The position numbers and the translations under genes were made by a program. A stretch of 64,000 bases of DNA from Scenedesmus sp. PABB004 (taxonomy: Eukaryota). The notes beneath the pieces were generated by a model, which did no database searches, was not told the origin of the DNA, and saw nothing but the letters and a program-made list of their open reading frames with translations. The first letter of the stretch is position 1; each line of letters starts with the position of its first letter. Positions 1 through 13,322 of the stretch are shown piece by piece. The stretch spans positions 310,001-374,000 of the forward strand of contig JABVCE010000009.1 in assembly GCA_014905635.1 (NCBI GenBank). Direction: 5' to 3'.

Positions 1-698
1 GGGCGCGATCGCGGCGCGGCGGGGCATCGCGACAAACTTTTACCTCAACGTCGTGACCAACGTCACCGCGGTGCGCGCGCCCGCCGCACGCGCGCGCGCG
101 CCCGCTCGCCGGGCGGGCCCGCCGACGCGCCGCCAGCAGCAGCGGCGGGGCGCGCCACGCGCGCCCCGCCCCTCGCCGCGCCGCGTCGAGCGCGCCGCGC
201 GCCGCCGCCGCGCGCCGCCGCGCCGCCGCGCAGGCGCTCGAGCGGCTGGGCGTGGAGTACACGGTCGAGTGGTTCACCGAGCCGGGGCGCAGCGCCGAGG
301 AGGAGGCCGACCTGGCGCGCATCGCGGCGGCGGTGCCGCACGCGAGCCTGCAGCTCGGCGCCGACTCGCTGTGGAACTGGCAGCAGATGGCGACCGCCGA
401 CGTGCTGGTCATGAGCAAGAGCGCCTACAGCCTCGTGCCCGCGCTCGCCAACCCTGACGCGCTCATCATCCGCCCGCCACCGGCGGCGCCGTGCGGGCGG
501 TGCTACCCGAGCCACTGGGTCATCGCGGCCGACGACGCCGGGGCGCTGCCGCCCGGCGCGCTCGGTGCGCTGGAGCGGCGCTTCGCGGCGCCGGCGGCGG
601 CGCGCGCGCCGCCCCGGCGGCGGCGCAGCAGTGAGCGGAGGCGCGGCCGAGTGCTGCTGGACCCGCGGCAGCGTGCGCGCAGCGCACTCGGGCGGTGA
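1..698 (+). CDS. 3' part of an unknown protein (5'-truncated by the window edge); C-terminal motif loosely resembles fucosyltransferase-like (GT11/GT23-type) proteins
   Basis: Exon 1-70, GT donor at 71, AG acceptor at 233, then ALERLGVEYTVEWFTEP...WQQMATADVLVMSKSAYSLVPAL; stop at 696-698. Confidence 0.5.
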
Positions 699-1170
699 CG
701 CTGCCCCAGCCGCCCCTCTCAAGAGCGAACGAGATTTGCTGGCTGGCTCGGACACGGCGGCTTGGGGCTGCGCCGCGCGCACGCGCCCAGGCCGCCGCCG
801 CACCCGACTCGGCTGACTGCAGCGCGGCCGCGGTCAGCGGACCCGCCGCCGGTCACTCTCTCGCTGGGCCGCCGCGGCGACCTTCCCGGGTTTCACCGAT
901 CGACGCAGGACGCACGCGGGGCATGCGCGTGCAGGCTGCAACAAATGTCGAACTAATTGCGGTCGCGGGCTGTCGACGATCTGGTTCGACGCACGCCGAG
1001 CGCCGCTCCCCCCCCCCTCATTCCCCGCGGCTCGCCGGCCCTTTCACCTGATCCGCCTCACCCGACATCGACCGCTGCACCGCAGCGGCCGCTCAGCCGC
1101 AGCGCGGCACGCTCGAGTCGGCAGCCAGCGCCCACCGGCGCGGCCCCGCGCGCTACGCCCCTCCGCCGCC

Positions 1171-4100
1171 ATGCGGAACCGTCGCGCGCTGCTGACGCTG
1201 CTGGTCGCGGCCCTGGCAGCGCCGCTCGTGCGCGCGGCCGAGGGAGCGTGCCCCTACGCGGCCCAGGCTCAGGCCGATGCTGCCGACGCTCCGCTGGATC
1301 TGGGGGACCTTGACCTGGACGGCCACATCCAGCGCCAGCTGCTGCAGGCGGCCACGTTCAACGCCGACGCGGGTGCGCCGCCGCAGCCCGGTGACGCCCC
1401 AGGCTGCTGCTGCAGCCAGCGCGCGCTGGCTCACACTTCGCCGCACGCGCGCCTCAGTGAACAAGCTCGACTGGGCGGGCCTCAAGGCGGACATCTCCAC
1501 CCTGCTGGTCACCTCCCAGCCGTTCTGGCCCGCGGACAACGGCCACTACGGCGGGCTGATGGTGCGCAGCACGCAGCGCGGCGCCGAGACCAGGCGGGGC
1601 CCCGGGGCCGGCACACAGGGGGGCGCGCCGCCGAGCCCATCCGCCGCGCTCCGCCGCGCCGCGCGTCGCGCGCGCAGATCCGCCAGGCCTGGCACTGCAG
1701 CGGCAGCTACCGCACGTGGGACGGCCGCGGCGGGTGCAACGGCGGCCGCATCCGCTTCTTCCCCGAGCGCGGCTGGGACGACAACACCAACCTCGACAAG
1801 GCCCAGCGCCTGCTCAAGCCGATCAAGGACAAGTATGGCGCCGGCCTCTCCTGGGGCGACCTCATCAGCTACGCCGGCACCGTCGCGATCGAGAGCATGG
1901 GCGGCCCCGTGCTCGGCTTCTGGTGCGAAGCTCAGGGGGCTGCCGGCGCTCGAACGCCGGCGCGAGCAGGGCGCTCGAGCCGCGCTGCCGCCCCGCCGCC
2001 GGCTCGCTGGCCGACCCGCCGCCCGCCGCCCGCCCGCCCGCCCGCCCGCCCGCCCGCCCCCGCGCCGCCCCGCAGCGCCGGCCGCATCGACGACGTCGAC
2101 GGCACCGCGAGCCTGCCGCTCGGGCCGACCAAGGAGCAGCAGGAGATCGCGCCCTGCACGCGCGGCGACGGCATGTGCGAGCAGCCGCTCGGCCAGACCA
2201 CGATGGGTCTGATCTACGTCAACCCCGAGGGCCCCCTCGCCAACCCCGACCCCAAGCTCTCCGCGCCGCAGATCCGGGGGACGTTTGGCCGCATGGTGCG
2301 GCCGCGCCGCGCAGCGCCGGGCGCCACGCAGTGCGGCGCGCCGCGCCGCGCGCCGCGCGCCGCCCGTGCCGCGCGCCGCGCCGCGCGAGCTGACGCCCGC
2401 CTCGCGCGCGCGGCCGGGCGGCAGGGCATGAACGACTCTGAGACTGTCGCCCTCATCGGCGGCGGGCACGCGTTTGGCAAGGTGCGGGCCGAGCTCGGCG
2501 GCGCCGCGTGGCGCGGACACGCGCCGACCGCCGCGCCGCGGTCCCGCCCCCGCAGGTGCACGGCGCGTGCCCCACCGGCGCGGGGCCGGGGCCCAAGGAG
2601 CAGCCCGACAACCCCTGGCCGGGGACGTGCGGCAGGTGCGCGGCGCCGCGCCGCGCACAGCCAAGCCGGTGCCTGCCGCCTGCGTGCCGCGCTGACCCCG
2701 CGGCGGCCGCCGCCGCCGCCGGCGCAGCGGGCCGGAGAAGGGGCGCGGCCCCAACACCTTCACGAGTGGCTTTGAGGGCAGCTGGACCACGCTGCCCACG
2801 ACCTGGACCAACCAGTACTTCCGCAACCTGCTCGACTGTGAGCCCCGCCACCCGCCGCGCGCCACGCGCCACGCGCCACGCCGCGCCGCCGCCGCCGCCG
2901 CGCCGCGTGCCCAGCGCAGCCAGCGTGGCCACGCGCGCTCCCACGCCCGCCGCGCGCACGCCCTGTAGTCGACTGGGAGAAGCACAAGGGCCCCGGCGGG
3001 CACTGGCAGTGGAAGCCCGTCAAGAGGAAGAGCGGCACGGGTGACCGCTGCGCCGCGCAGCGCCGTGCTGCGCCCGACGCCGCGCCTGCGCGTGCGCGCG
3101 CGCGCCTCGCGCCCCGTGCGCCTTGCCGGCGGCCTCACGCCCCGCGCGCCGCCGCGTGCCGCCCTGCGCAGGGCCGCTGCCGGACATCATGATGCTGACT
3201 GCCGACATTGCGCTGCTGGAGGACCCGTCCTATCTCAGCCTGGTCAAGAAGTATGCGGCCGACATTGGCGCGCTGGAGACGGCGTTCAGCAGCGGTGCGT
3301 TGGGGCGCGCGCGCGCGGCCCCGGCCCGCCCGCGCGAGCTGAGACGGCCCGCCCGCGCGAGCTGACATGATGCCGCCGCCGCCGCCCCCCGCCGCCGCCC
3401 TGCCGCCCTGCCGAACCCAGCGTGGTACAAGCTGCTCACGCGCAACCTCGGCCCCCACGCGCGCTGCCTCGGCCCGCTCACGCCGCCGCCGCAGCCGTGG
3501 CAGCACACGCTGCCGGCGCCGGCGAGCCCGCCGCCCAAGTGGGACGACGTCAAGGCCGACGTGCGCGCCGCGCTGCGCGGCGCGAGCGCGGCGGTGCCCG
3601 CTTCGGCGACCGACGCCACGCCCCAAGGAGCATACAATGGTGCTCTCTTTGTGGCGCTCGCGGCGGCGTGCGCGGGCACATACCGCGCGACCGACTTCGC
3701 CGGCGGGTGCAACGGCGCGCGCATCCGCTACTCGCCGGAGAAGGACTGGCCGGCCAACAAGGGCCTCGACCGGGCGCTCGAGGTGCTCGCCCCGATCAAG
3801 GGCAGGTACCAGAACCGCAACCTCTCCTGGGCAGACCTCATCGTCCTGGCCGGCACGATCGCGCTCGACGACGCGTCGGGCGGCGCCGTGACGGCGCGGC
3901 TGACCGGGCGCTTCTGCCCCGGCCGCACCGACGCGCCCGACGGCGCGGGCAGCGAGGCGCTCGCGCCGCGCAACTACAGCAGCGACGCGATCGCGCTGCG
4001 CGACAACGCGGCCGTCGCGGGGCTGCGCCCGCGCGAGGCCGTCGCGCTCGCGGGCGCGCTGCGCTCGCCGACGCTGCAGCGCGCGCGCGGCTACACGTCC

Positions 4101-4409
4101 TCGTGGGCGCCGCCCGGCGCCGACGTGTCCAAGCTGGACAACTCCTTCTTCAAAGCCCTCCTCGGCACGACCTGGACGGCCTCCAAGTCGGCGTCGGGCG
4201 TGCCCGAGTTTGTGCCCGCGTCCGGCGCCAAGGCGGGCGGCGTGATGACGCCGGCCGACGTGGCGATGAAGCGCGACCCCGCGTTTGCGGCCGCGGTCGG
4301 GGAGTTTGCGGCGAGCAACGACAAGTTCCTCGCCGCGCTCGGCGACGCGTGGACGAAGCTCATGAACGCCGACCGCTTCAAGGGCCCCGCCGGCAGCGTC
4401 TGCAAGTAG
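1171..4409 (+). CDS. katG: Catalase-peroxidase (KatG family, two-domain class I haem peroxidase) with N-terminal signal peptide; about 10 exons
   Basis: Spliced motifs [96 protein letters not shown]; second domain [31 protein letters not shown] ... [10 protein letters not shown]; leader [22 protein letters not shown]. Confidence 0.93.
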
Positions 4410-4865
4410 TGAGGAGGAGGAGGAGGACGGAGGCGGCATCACGCGACAGACAGGCGCGCGGCGGCCGGCGGCCGGCGCGCGCGTGCGCGTGGAACGGTGT
4501 CTGTGATGGCTTGAGGGGAGGGCGAGGCACGGCGGCGCCCCGAACACACGGCCGGGGGGAGATGAGTCCTCCAATCGCACCACGCGGCCGCGCTGAACGC
4601 GGATGGAACACATGAACTAGCTGCGCCTTGTTTGACGTCCAGGCGGCCTGTAGAGCCACGGTGCCCATGCTTGAATGTGTGCCTGTGTTGCAGTTTTGGC
4701 TGTGTGTTCATGCTGGCAAGGAGGCAATTGCATTGCACTGCACACGCACGCGCGCGCCCAAGGCGAGCCACGGCAAACCGGCGCAGCCTGGCGGCACCGC
4801 AGCACGCGGCAGGGGCCCGGGGGTAACCTGGCACTGCCACCGAGCAAACGGCGGCAGCGGAGGCC

Positions 4866-5041
4866 GATCGGTCGAGCATGCTCGACCGATCCCGCCGCTG
4901 CGCAGCGGCGGGAGCTTGCGGTGGCCGCTCCGCTCGTTTCAGGCTGAGGGTTCAGCGCCCGGCGAGCGGCATGCCACCGTTAACGGCGGCTTCGGACGAC
5001 GCGTCCGAAGCCCGGCGGCTTCGGACAACGCGTCCGAAGCC
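4866..5041. repeat. Cluster of palindromes/hairpins between convergent genes
   Basis: Perfect 26-bp palindrome 4866-4891, perfect 24-bp palindrome 4890-4913, and a 29-bp unit tandemly duplicated (4984-5012, 5013-5041), each copy a 10-11-bp-stem hairpin. Confidence 0.9.
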
Positions 5042-5226
5042 ATTCGACAATGCTCACTCACGAAGGCCGCGCCTCGCAAACGCCCGACGCTCACGACGGT
5101 TGGGTTGCAATTGCAGTGCGCGCGCTGTGTGCTGGGCGGCAGCACCTAGACAGGGTTGGTTGGCCGGGGGCGTGTCGCAGCCCCGCCAGCTATACACACA
5201 GCGCCGGCCGGCGCGCGCTGCGGGGC

Positions 5227-7573
5227 TCACGCGGCGCGGTGGCCGGCACCGGCGGCGGGCGCGGCGACGCGCCGCGCGGCGCGCTGCTTCCGCAGCACCT
5301 GCGCGAGCGCGAACGCCGTCACGACGACCTGCAGGGCCGCCATTCCGGTGAACCACGGCCCGAGCCCGACCGCGCGCGTGCCCGCGGAGCTGACCAGCAC
5401 AAACGTCGCGCCGCCCCAGAACATGACCGCCGTCGCGGCGGCCGTCGCGGCGGCGGCGGCCGACTGCTTGAGGCAGGTGACAAACGCGAAGAGGCCGGCG
5501 ATGTTGAGCGCGGTGCCGAGGCCGATCAGGAACTGCGCGATGACGACCGCCGCGAGGTGGGCGCGCGTGTGCAGCGCCCACGCGTAGATCAGCAACCCCG
5601 GCACGAGGCACGCGAGCGTGCCGGCGGTCGTCGCGGCGAGCCGCGCCTCGGGCACGCCCGGGTGCGCCGCGGCGTCGCGGTCGGAGAGCCAGCCGCCGAG
5701 CGGGCTGCCCGCGATGCTGGAGAGCCCGTCGGCGAGGTAAAAGAGCCCGATGATGCCCGGGGTGAGGCCGTACGGCGGCGCCGACAGCACGGCGGGGATC
5801 TCGGTCAGCGTGGCAAAGCACGCGCCAAACGTCACAAACATCACGACCGCGTGCGGCGCGACGCAGCGGTCGACGAGGTACCTTTGCGGGCGCGTGCGGG
5901 GTGAGGGCGAGCAGGGTGAGCAGGGCGAGGCGTGCGGGGGCGAGGCGTGGTGTCGGCGACGGGCGGGCGGCGCGCGGGCAGGGCGGGCGGCGCACAGCGC
6001 CTGTGAGACGGGCGCGCGGCGCGCGCCGGCAGCGCACCTGAGCGGCACCCACGGCGCGCTGAACACGGGCGGCGCCGCCTCAATCGCCGCCGCCTCCTTG
6101 AGCCGCGCGGCAGCGGCGGGGCTGGCGCGGCGCAGGCGCGCGAGCACGAGCCACTGGTGCGTCTCGGGGATGCACGCCGCGACGAGGCCCACGGCCAGGC
6201 CGCCCATCACCAGCAGCGACACAAACGTCGCGCGCCAGCCAAACGCCTGCGCGAGCCCGCCGCCCACGAGCGGGCCTGCGGCGCGCGCGCGGCGCACGGG
6301 GCGTCGGCGCCGGCGCCGGCGCCGCCGCCGCCGCCGCCGCCGCGCGGCGCCCGCTGGCCCGCGCTCCCGCGTCCGCGCCCGCCCCTCGCCGCCCGGCGCG
6401 GGGCGCCCCGGTCCCGGCGCGCGCTGGCGCCAGCACGCAGCACGCACCCAGCACGGGGCCGATGAGCGCGGGGACCATGAAGAAGCCAGCGGCGGTGCCG
6501 CGCTCCTCCGGCGCAAAGACGTCCGCCACCACCGCGGTGCCGCTGGTCATAAAGGCAGACACTGGCGGCGGCCGGCGAGCGGCGGCCGGCGAGGAACGGC
6601 GGTGAGCGACGCCGGCGGCGGCGTCCGCGCGCGGGGCCCGCGAGGCGGGGCCGGGGCGGCGGCCGCGCGCGCGCGCGCGCGCGCGCGCGCGGCGCACCCG
6701 CGGCGCCCTGCAGGCCGCGCATCGCGATCAGCACCGCCGCGCTGGGCGCAAAGAGGCAGCCGAACGTGGCCCCTGTGAAGGCGACGAAGGCCACGAAATA
6801 CACGGGGCGCCGCCCAAACCTGCGCGCGCCGCGCGCGGCCGCGGGGTGAGCGCGCGCCGCGGCAGGGGGCGGCGGGCGCAGCGCGCGCAGCGCGCGCGCC
6901 TGTCGGCGGCGGGGCCCCACACGAGCACCGCGGCCCCGACCATATACATGTATATCGAAACAGAGGCCGCGACCAGCTGCGCCGAGGCGCCCAGGTCGCG
7001 CTGGATGTCCTGCGAGGCGCGGGGCGCGGCGCGGCGCGCGCGGGTGCTCAGTGGAGCGCCCCACTCCTGGGGACCGTCGCGCGACGCGCCGCCGCGGCGA
7101 TTTGGGAGCGTTTTGGCGCGCACCCCGAGGGATGGTAAGTACACGGTGTCCGAAAACGGGAGGATCATCGACGCCGTCGCCGCCGCGAGCAGCACGGCGT
7201 ATTGGCGCCGACGCGAATAGATACGGTATATGCTGGACGCCCCCGCGCCGTCGCGGGGGCTCGCCGGGATGTCCACCGTCACGTCGACGGCGCCGGCGCC
7301 GGCGTCGGCGGCAGCGCGGCGCGGGCTGCGCGCAGGGGGGCGGCGCGGGCGGCCGCAGCGGGCGGGCGCAGCGAACGCGCGGGCGGGTGGGCGGCGGGCA
7401 GGCAGCGCGGCGGGCGGGCGGTGAGCCCAGCGGCTGGCCCCTGCTCCTCTGCTCACGGGCGCGCGCCAGCCGCGCGCGGGGCACCCGCCTGCGCCCTGCG
7501 CAGGCCGCCGGTGCCGCCGCTGCTGCCCCCTCTCCCGGCGCGGCGAGCCCCGCTCACGACGCCGCAGTCGCAT
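5227..7573 (-). CDS. Major facilitator superfamily transporter (DHA1/drug:H+ antiporter-like), spliced; start uncertain
   Basis: Hydrophobic helices and MFS motifs: ILPFSDTVYLPSL, LVWGPAADR|FGRRPVY, LIAMRGLQG, VVADVFAPEERGTAAG, GPLVGGGLAQAFGWRATF, IPET, GSPLGGWLSDR. Confidence 0.88.
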
Positions 7574-7791
7574 GATGCCCGGCGGTCATGGACAGCCGCG
7601 CGCGCTCAACAGGGGCGCGCGGGCGGCGGCGGCGGCTGTCTGGCTGCGGGCGCGGCGCGTTCGCGCGAGCTGGCGTCGGCGTCGGCGGGGGCGCTGTGGC
7701 TGCGCTGTCGAGAGAGCTCGTGGCACGGGCAATGCGAGGGATGCTCGGGGCGGCCCGGCTTTGGTTCCAGTAGAGTGACGGGCGCGGGGCG

Positions 7792-10700
7792 TCAGCGGCG
7801 CGCCGCCAGCTGTCCCTCGACGAGCCGCCGCAGCCCCGCCGCCTGGCCCGCCGGCCCGCCCTCCTCCCCCCAGCGCCGCCAGAGCGAGAGCGGCAGCACG
7901 GCGCCGGCAAAGTGGCGCTGCCGGGGCAGCAGCGCCGCCGCTGCCACGCCGGCCAGGCCGCCGAGCTGCTCCGCGACGCCGGCGGCGCCCGCGCCGCCCG
8001 CCTGGTCGTCGGGGGCGAGCAGGAGTAGGACCTGGCGCGGCGGCGGCCCCGCGCCCACGCTCTCCGGCTGGACCAGCACGTGCCCCAGCAGCTGCGCCGT
8101 TGCCTCCGGTCCCAGGCCCGCCAGCGCGTCCGCGCCGGCCGAGGCGACCGCGGCAGCGAGGCCGGGCGCTGCCGCCGACGTCGCCGCGGCGTCCGGCACA
8201 GTGAGCTGCGCCGCCAGGCCCTGCTCCAGGAGGGCCGCAAGCACCTGCTGGCCGAGCGGGCCGGAGCAGACCGCCGCGGCGCTGCGCAGCGCCGCGCGCG
8301 CGCCTGCGGGCGGCGGCGGCGCGGCGTGACCGGCGGCCGCACGCTACGAGCCAGCGGCGGCGGCGCGTGCGCAGCAGCAGGGACCCCAGCCCGCGCGCGC
8401 GCGCGCCACGCACCCGCAGACAGGAGCTTGGCCTGCGCCGCGGCGTGCCGCTCCACGCTGCCGCACGGCGCCTGCTGCTCCTGCTGCGCCTGCTCCTGCT
8501 GCTGCGCCTGCTCCTGCTGCTGCGCCGGCTGCCCGGCGATGAGGCGGGCCCACAACAGCTTCATGCCGTCGCCGGCGGTGAAGGCGCGCGGGCCCCAGCC
8601 CGCCACGCACGCCGCGAGCTGCTGCAGCGCGCTGGCGCCGTCCTCCGCGCCGGCCAGCGCGGCGGCGATGCTCGCGTTTGCCAGCTGCCCGGGGCTGAGC
8701 TCGTCCAGGTCCGCCGCCGCGGCCTGCAGCAGCCGGCGCAGCAGCTCGGGCGCGGCCGGCAGCGCACCGCCCGCCATCTGCTGCTCGGGCGCCAGCGCCC
8801 AGCCGGACGACACCAGCGCCCACGCCAGGTCGGCGGCGTCGGAGGGCGCGTAGCCCTCGCTGGCCACGAGGAAATGGCCCGCGCACGCCGCCATGGCGGG
8901 CGGCGGCGCGGCGCGCAGCTCCGCGAGGGCCCAGGCGAGCGTGGCGGCGTCCGCGGGCGCCGCGCCCGCCAGCACCGGCGGCAACGCGGGCCCGGCCTCG
9001 CCCGTCCCCGCCGCGGGCGCCGCCAGCCGCGCCGCCGCCGCCGCGAGCAGCCCCTCGTGGCGCACGTCCGCCGCCGCCATGCCCCACAGCAGGTTGGCGA
9101 GCTGGCCGGCGCTGAGGTCGGGCAGCAGCCGCTCGCCCGCGCCAGCCAGCGCGAGGAAGGGCCGCGGGTCGCGCAGCCCCACCGTGCCGAGGCTCCACGC
9201 CACGGCCGCGACGTCGCGCGCCTGGAAGTGCGCCAGCACCCCGCCCGTGCCGCCGCCGCTGGACCCGCCGTCGGCGCCGCCCTGCACCAGATGCGCGGCG
9301 ATGGCCCTGAACGCCTGCAGGTCGTGGAAGCCCCCCGCCGCCAGGGCCCAGGCGAAGCGCGCGAGCGCGCGCGCCTGCAGCGCCGGCAGGCGCGGCAGCA
9401 GCGCGTCGGCGGCCGCGGCAAAGAGCTGCTCGTCGGTGTGCTCGGCCGCGGCAAACGCGGAGAGCAGGCGCGCGAGCGCCCAGCTGCTGCCGCCCTCCAG
9501 CACCTCGCGCCGCTGCGCCGCGAGCGAGGCGGCGTCAAAGAGCTCCGCGCTCGCCACGCCCGCCGCCGCGTAGCCGCCGACTGCGGTGGCGAGCTCGCGC
9601 AGCCGGAGGCTGCGCGCGACCGCGGCGAGCGGCAGCGCCAGCTGCTCCAGCAGCTCGTGCAGCGCCTCGCGCGCCTCCTGCCGCACCGCCGCAGCCGCAG
9701 CTGCAGCTGCAGCCGCCGCGCCGTCGCCGCCGCCAGGCCCGCCCGCTGCCGCCCCCGTGGCGCCGGCCTGTGTGCCGAGCGCCGAGGCCAGCTGCCCCGC
9801 CGCGGCCGCGAGCATGGCGAGCTCCCTGTCCGGCATGCGCCCAAACCCGCCCGCGCCGGCGGCGCGAAGCAGCGCCACCGCCGCCGCCGCCGCCGCCGCG
9901 GACGCCGCGGCTGCCTGCGGGGGGCCGGCGTCGCCGTGAGTGGCAGCGCCGCCAAGCTGCTCAAAGCAGCCCAGCTTGCCCAGCAGGTGCAGCAGCGCAG
10001 CGGCGGTGCGCGGGCTGAGCTCGTCTGGCGCCGCCGCGGCGACGCGCGCCGTCGCCGCCGCCGCCAAGGCCTCTCCTGCTGCGCGCTCCTGCCCCCCCGG
10101 CGCCGCTCCACGCCGCCTCGCTCGCTGGGCCAGCAGCCCCGTCGCCGACTGCAGCAGCAGCACCACCTCCTGCATGCTGAACGCCGCCAGGCTGCCGCGC
10201 GGCTCCGCCGCCAATGCCGCCGCCCACAGCTGCACCACCAGGCTGGCGTCGGGCGGCCCCAGCAGCACAAAGCCCGCCGCAAGGTTGGCCAGCTGCCGCG
10301 GTGCCAGGCGCGGCAGCTGGACGGCCGTGGCCGCCGACAGGCAGCTGAGCAGGGCGGCGTCCTCGTGTGCCTGCTGCGCCTGCGCGCCGCCGGCGTCGTG
10401 CGACTGCCGCTGCCCGCCCGCGCCCGCCAGCTGGCGCCGCCGCTGCGCCGGCGTGGGGCCGCCGCCGGGGTGCTGCCGCTCTTGCCCGGCGGCGCGTCGG
10501 CGGTGGTGCTTGGCCATCGCGGCCAGGCTCCACACGAGGCATCCCAGCTCCTCCTGGGGCAGGGCCGCGCCGGGCGGCTGCGGCGCCGCCCCCGCGCCGC
10601 CGGGGCCGAGCTCGCCGTGCTCGCCCTCTGCCGCGCCGGGCGGCTGCTCTGCGAGCTGCTCCGCCCGCTGCTCTGCCTGCAGCTGCCAGTCGCGCCAGCG

Positions 10701-11921
10701 CGCCAGCTCCCGCCCCAGCACCGCGTCGACCAGCTGCTGCGTGAGCCCCGGCGGCGCCAGGTGGGCCAGGTCAGCGTCGCCGACCGCCCACAGCACGTTG
10801 AGCGCGCCGACGCGGCTGAAGCCCCGGCCGCAGGCCGCGGCGCGCGCCAGCAGCGCCGCAAAGGCGGGCGCCGAGGCGGCGCGCGGCGCCAGCCGCGCGC
10901 GCGCCAGGCCCCAGCAGCAGCGCGCCACGTCGCCCGGGGCCAGGCGCGGCGCGAGGGCCTCCATCATGCCCCGCAGCTTGGCCCAGGCCCTGGGGTTGTG
11001 CAGCCCCAGGCCGGCGCAGGCGGTCACCGCGCGCGCGAGCTGGCCGCCAACGCTCGGCACGTCGCCTGCGCGCGGCGCGGCGAGAGGCCCGGCGGCGGCG
11101 GTCAGGCGCGGGGCGGGCGGCGGGCCGGACGGGTGGGCGGGCAGGCTGCGCGCGGCCTCACCTGACAGCTCCTTCTGGACGGGGCAGTCGGCCAGCCGTT
11201 GCAGCACCTCTCGCTTGAGCTGCCGCTGCTGCGGGCTGGCCAGCCACCAGCCCAGCTGCGACCACGCCCACAGCACGCCCGAGACGTGCTGGAACATCAG
11301 CCGGGGCGCCTGCCGCGCCAGCAGCGCGTCGCAGGCGCTCAGCAGCTCGCGCTCCTGCTCTCGCGCCGCCGCCGCTTCTGCGCTGACGCTGCTGTTGCTG
11401 CTGCTGTCGCTGTCGCTGCTGCCGCTGCTGCTGTTCTCGCTGCCGCCGCTGCTGCGGGCGCGGCGAACGTGCACCGCCTGCAGCAGCAGCCGCGTGGTGA
11501 GCTCGGGGTGGTCGCTGGCCGCCACGCCCGGCAGCACCGCCAGCAGCGCGTCCAGCGAGTCGGCGGCGCCGACCGCCGCTGCCAGCTGAGGGTCAAAGCC
11601 GCCCGCACCCGGCCGCGGCGGCGGCGCCGCCGCCGCCGCCAGCTGCGGCGGCCGCGGCCGCGGTGGCTGCGCGGGGGGCAGCAGCGCGCTGTGCAGGTGC
11701 CGCTGCTGCGCCTGCAGCTGCTGCATGGCCGGCGCTGCCGCGCCCGGGGCCTGCTGGTCCTGCGGCGCCGCCGGCGGGCCCGTGCGCTCCGAGGCGGCGG
11801 CGCTCCGTCGCCGCGTCCGGTGCTGCTGCTGCCGCCGCCCGGTCGGCGCCGACCTCCGGCCCCCCAACGCGCCGCATGCTGGCGGCGGCGCTGCCACGCC
11901 GGCAAGCCAGCTGGTCACCAT
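7792..11921 (-). CDS. Large octotricopeptide-repeat (OPR)/FAST-like helical-repeat protein with a degenerate RAP-like C-terminus; probable organellar RNA-binding factor
   Basis: Repeated xPxxLANLxWAxA-type units (LAPRQLANLAAGF, FQARDVAAVAWSLG, LSAGQLANLLWGMA, YAPSDAADLAWAL, LSPGQLANASIA); transit-peptide-like N-terminus; introns near 11080-11160 and 8305-8415; last exon ends TGA at 7792. Confidence 0.72.
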
Positions 11922-12457
11922 CAGCGGGCGGCGGAGCGGTCAACGCCGCCGCGCCGTCGCGGCGCCTGCGGCAGCAGCGGCGGGCGGCGGCAGCGGCGGT
12001 TGGCGCTCGCCGCACGCGTGCAGCCGCTGCGGCGGCACCAACAGCGTGTTGGTGATGACTGCGTCCCGCCGTCCGCGGCCCTGAGGAGCCCTGCCGTTGC
12101 CAGAGAGCCCACCTTGGAGCAGCATGCCCGGCGGACGGCGGCGCAGCGGCACGGCGGGGCGCTGGAGCGACCGACGACTCAAGAACCAGCAGCTGCGGCG
12201 CCCGGTGCTCGGGCTGGATGCGGTGCCGCGGCGGTGGCGCCAGCGCCGGACGCGGCGAGGCGGCGCCGCGGGCAGCAGCGGCGAGCGGCGCGCTTGTGCG
12301 CCTGGCGTGGTTGGTGTGTTGCTGTGGGCCTGAGGTCGTGCTGGCACGCAGGGCGCAGGGCGCTGAAACCGCCGCGTCGTCGTCACCGGCGGCGGCCGCC
12401 GCGTCCCGCAGCGCTCTCGCCCCCAGCGGCGCCCACCAGCGCTTGCGCCCAGCCAGC

Positions 12458-13272
12458 TCAAAAGTCCTTGAAGTCGCCCTTGGACACGTAGGGCCGGCCC
12501 CGGTACGCGCCGCCCGCGGCCTGGTCGTCCACCGCGGCCCCGTTGAAGTTGCTCGCGTCGCCGGGGCCCTTGACCTGGCGCGGCGGCGCGGCACGCACAC
12601 GCGGTCGCGTGCGCCCGCGCCCCTGCCGGCGGTCCCGCAGCCCCCGCTGCCGCCGCCGGCCCCTGCTCGCGCAGCGCGTGCGCGCCGCGCGCACCACGGG
12701 CACGTAGGGCGCCTTGAGCTTCTTGGCGGCAAAGGCCTCCCAGTCGAGCCCCGCAAACCAGGCGTGCTTCTTGACCGCGCCCGCGCCGCCGCTGCCGCCG
12801 CCGAGGCGGTACGCCGGCTTGCGCACGAGCAGCGCGGCCACGAGGTCGCGCAGCTCCTGCGAGCGCGGGTCACGCGGGAGGGGCGGGCGGGCGCGTCGGC
12901 GCGCGACTGCCGCCGCCGCGGGCGCCCCCGCGCGCCGAGCGTTGGACGCGCGCCGGGTGCCGCGTCTGCCGCCGCAGAGCACCACGTCCCCCCACCGGGC
13001 TGAAGGTCTTGGGGGAGGCGTAGGTGCCGTCCACGATGCGGCGGTACATGGCCAGGCGGTCCTCGTGCATGAACGGCGGCGCGCCCGCCACGAGCTCGTA
13101 CGCCAGCACGCCCAGCGACCACCTGGGGTGGCGCGCGCGTGGGCGGGGCGCGCGGGCGGGGCAGGGCGGAGGGCTGAGGGGCGGGGCGGGGCGCGCCACG
13201 CCGCCGCGGCTCGGCACGCCGCGGCGCACCAGTCGGCCGCCTGCCAGTGCCCCTCGCCCACGATGAGCTGTC

Positions 13273-13322
<50 letters not shown>

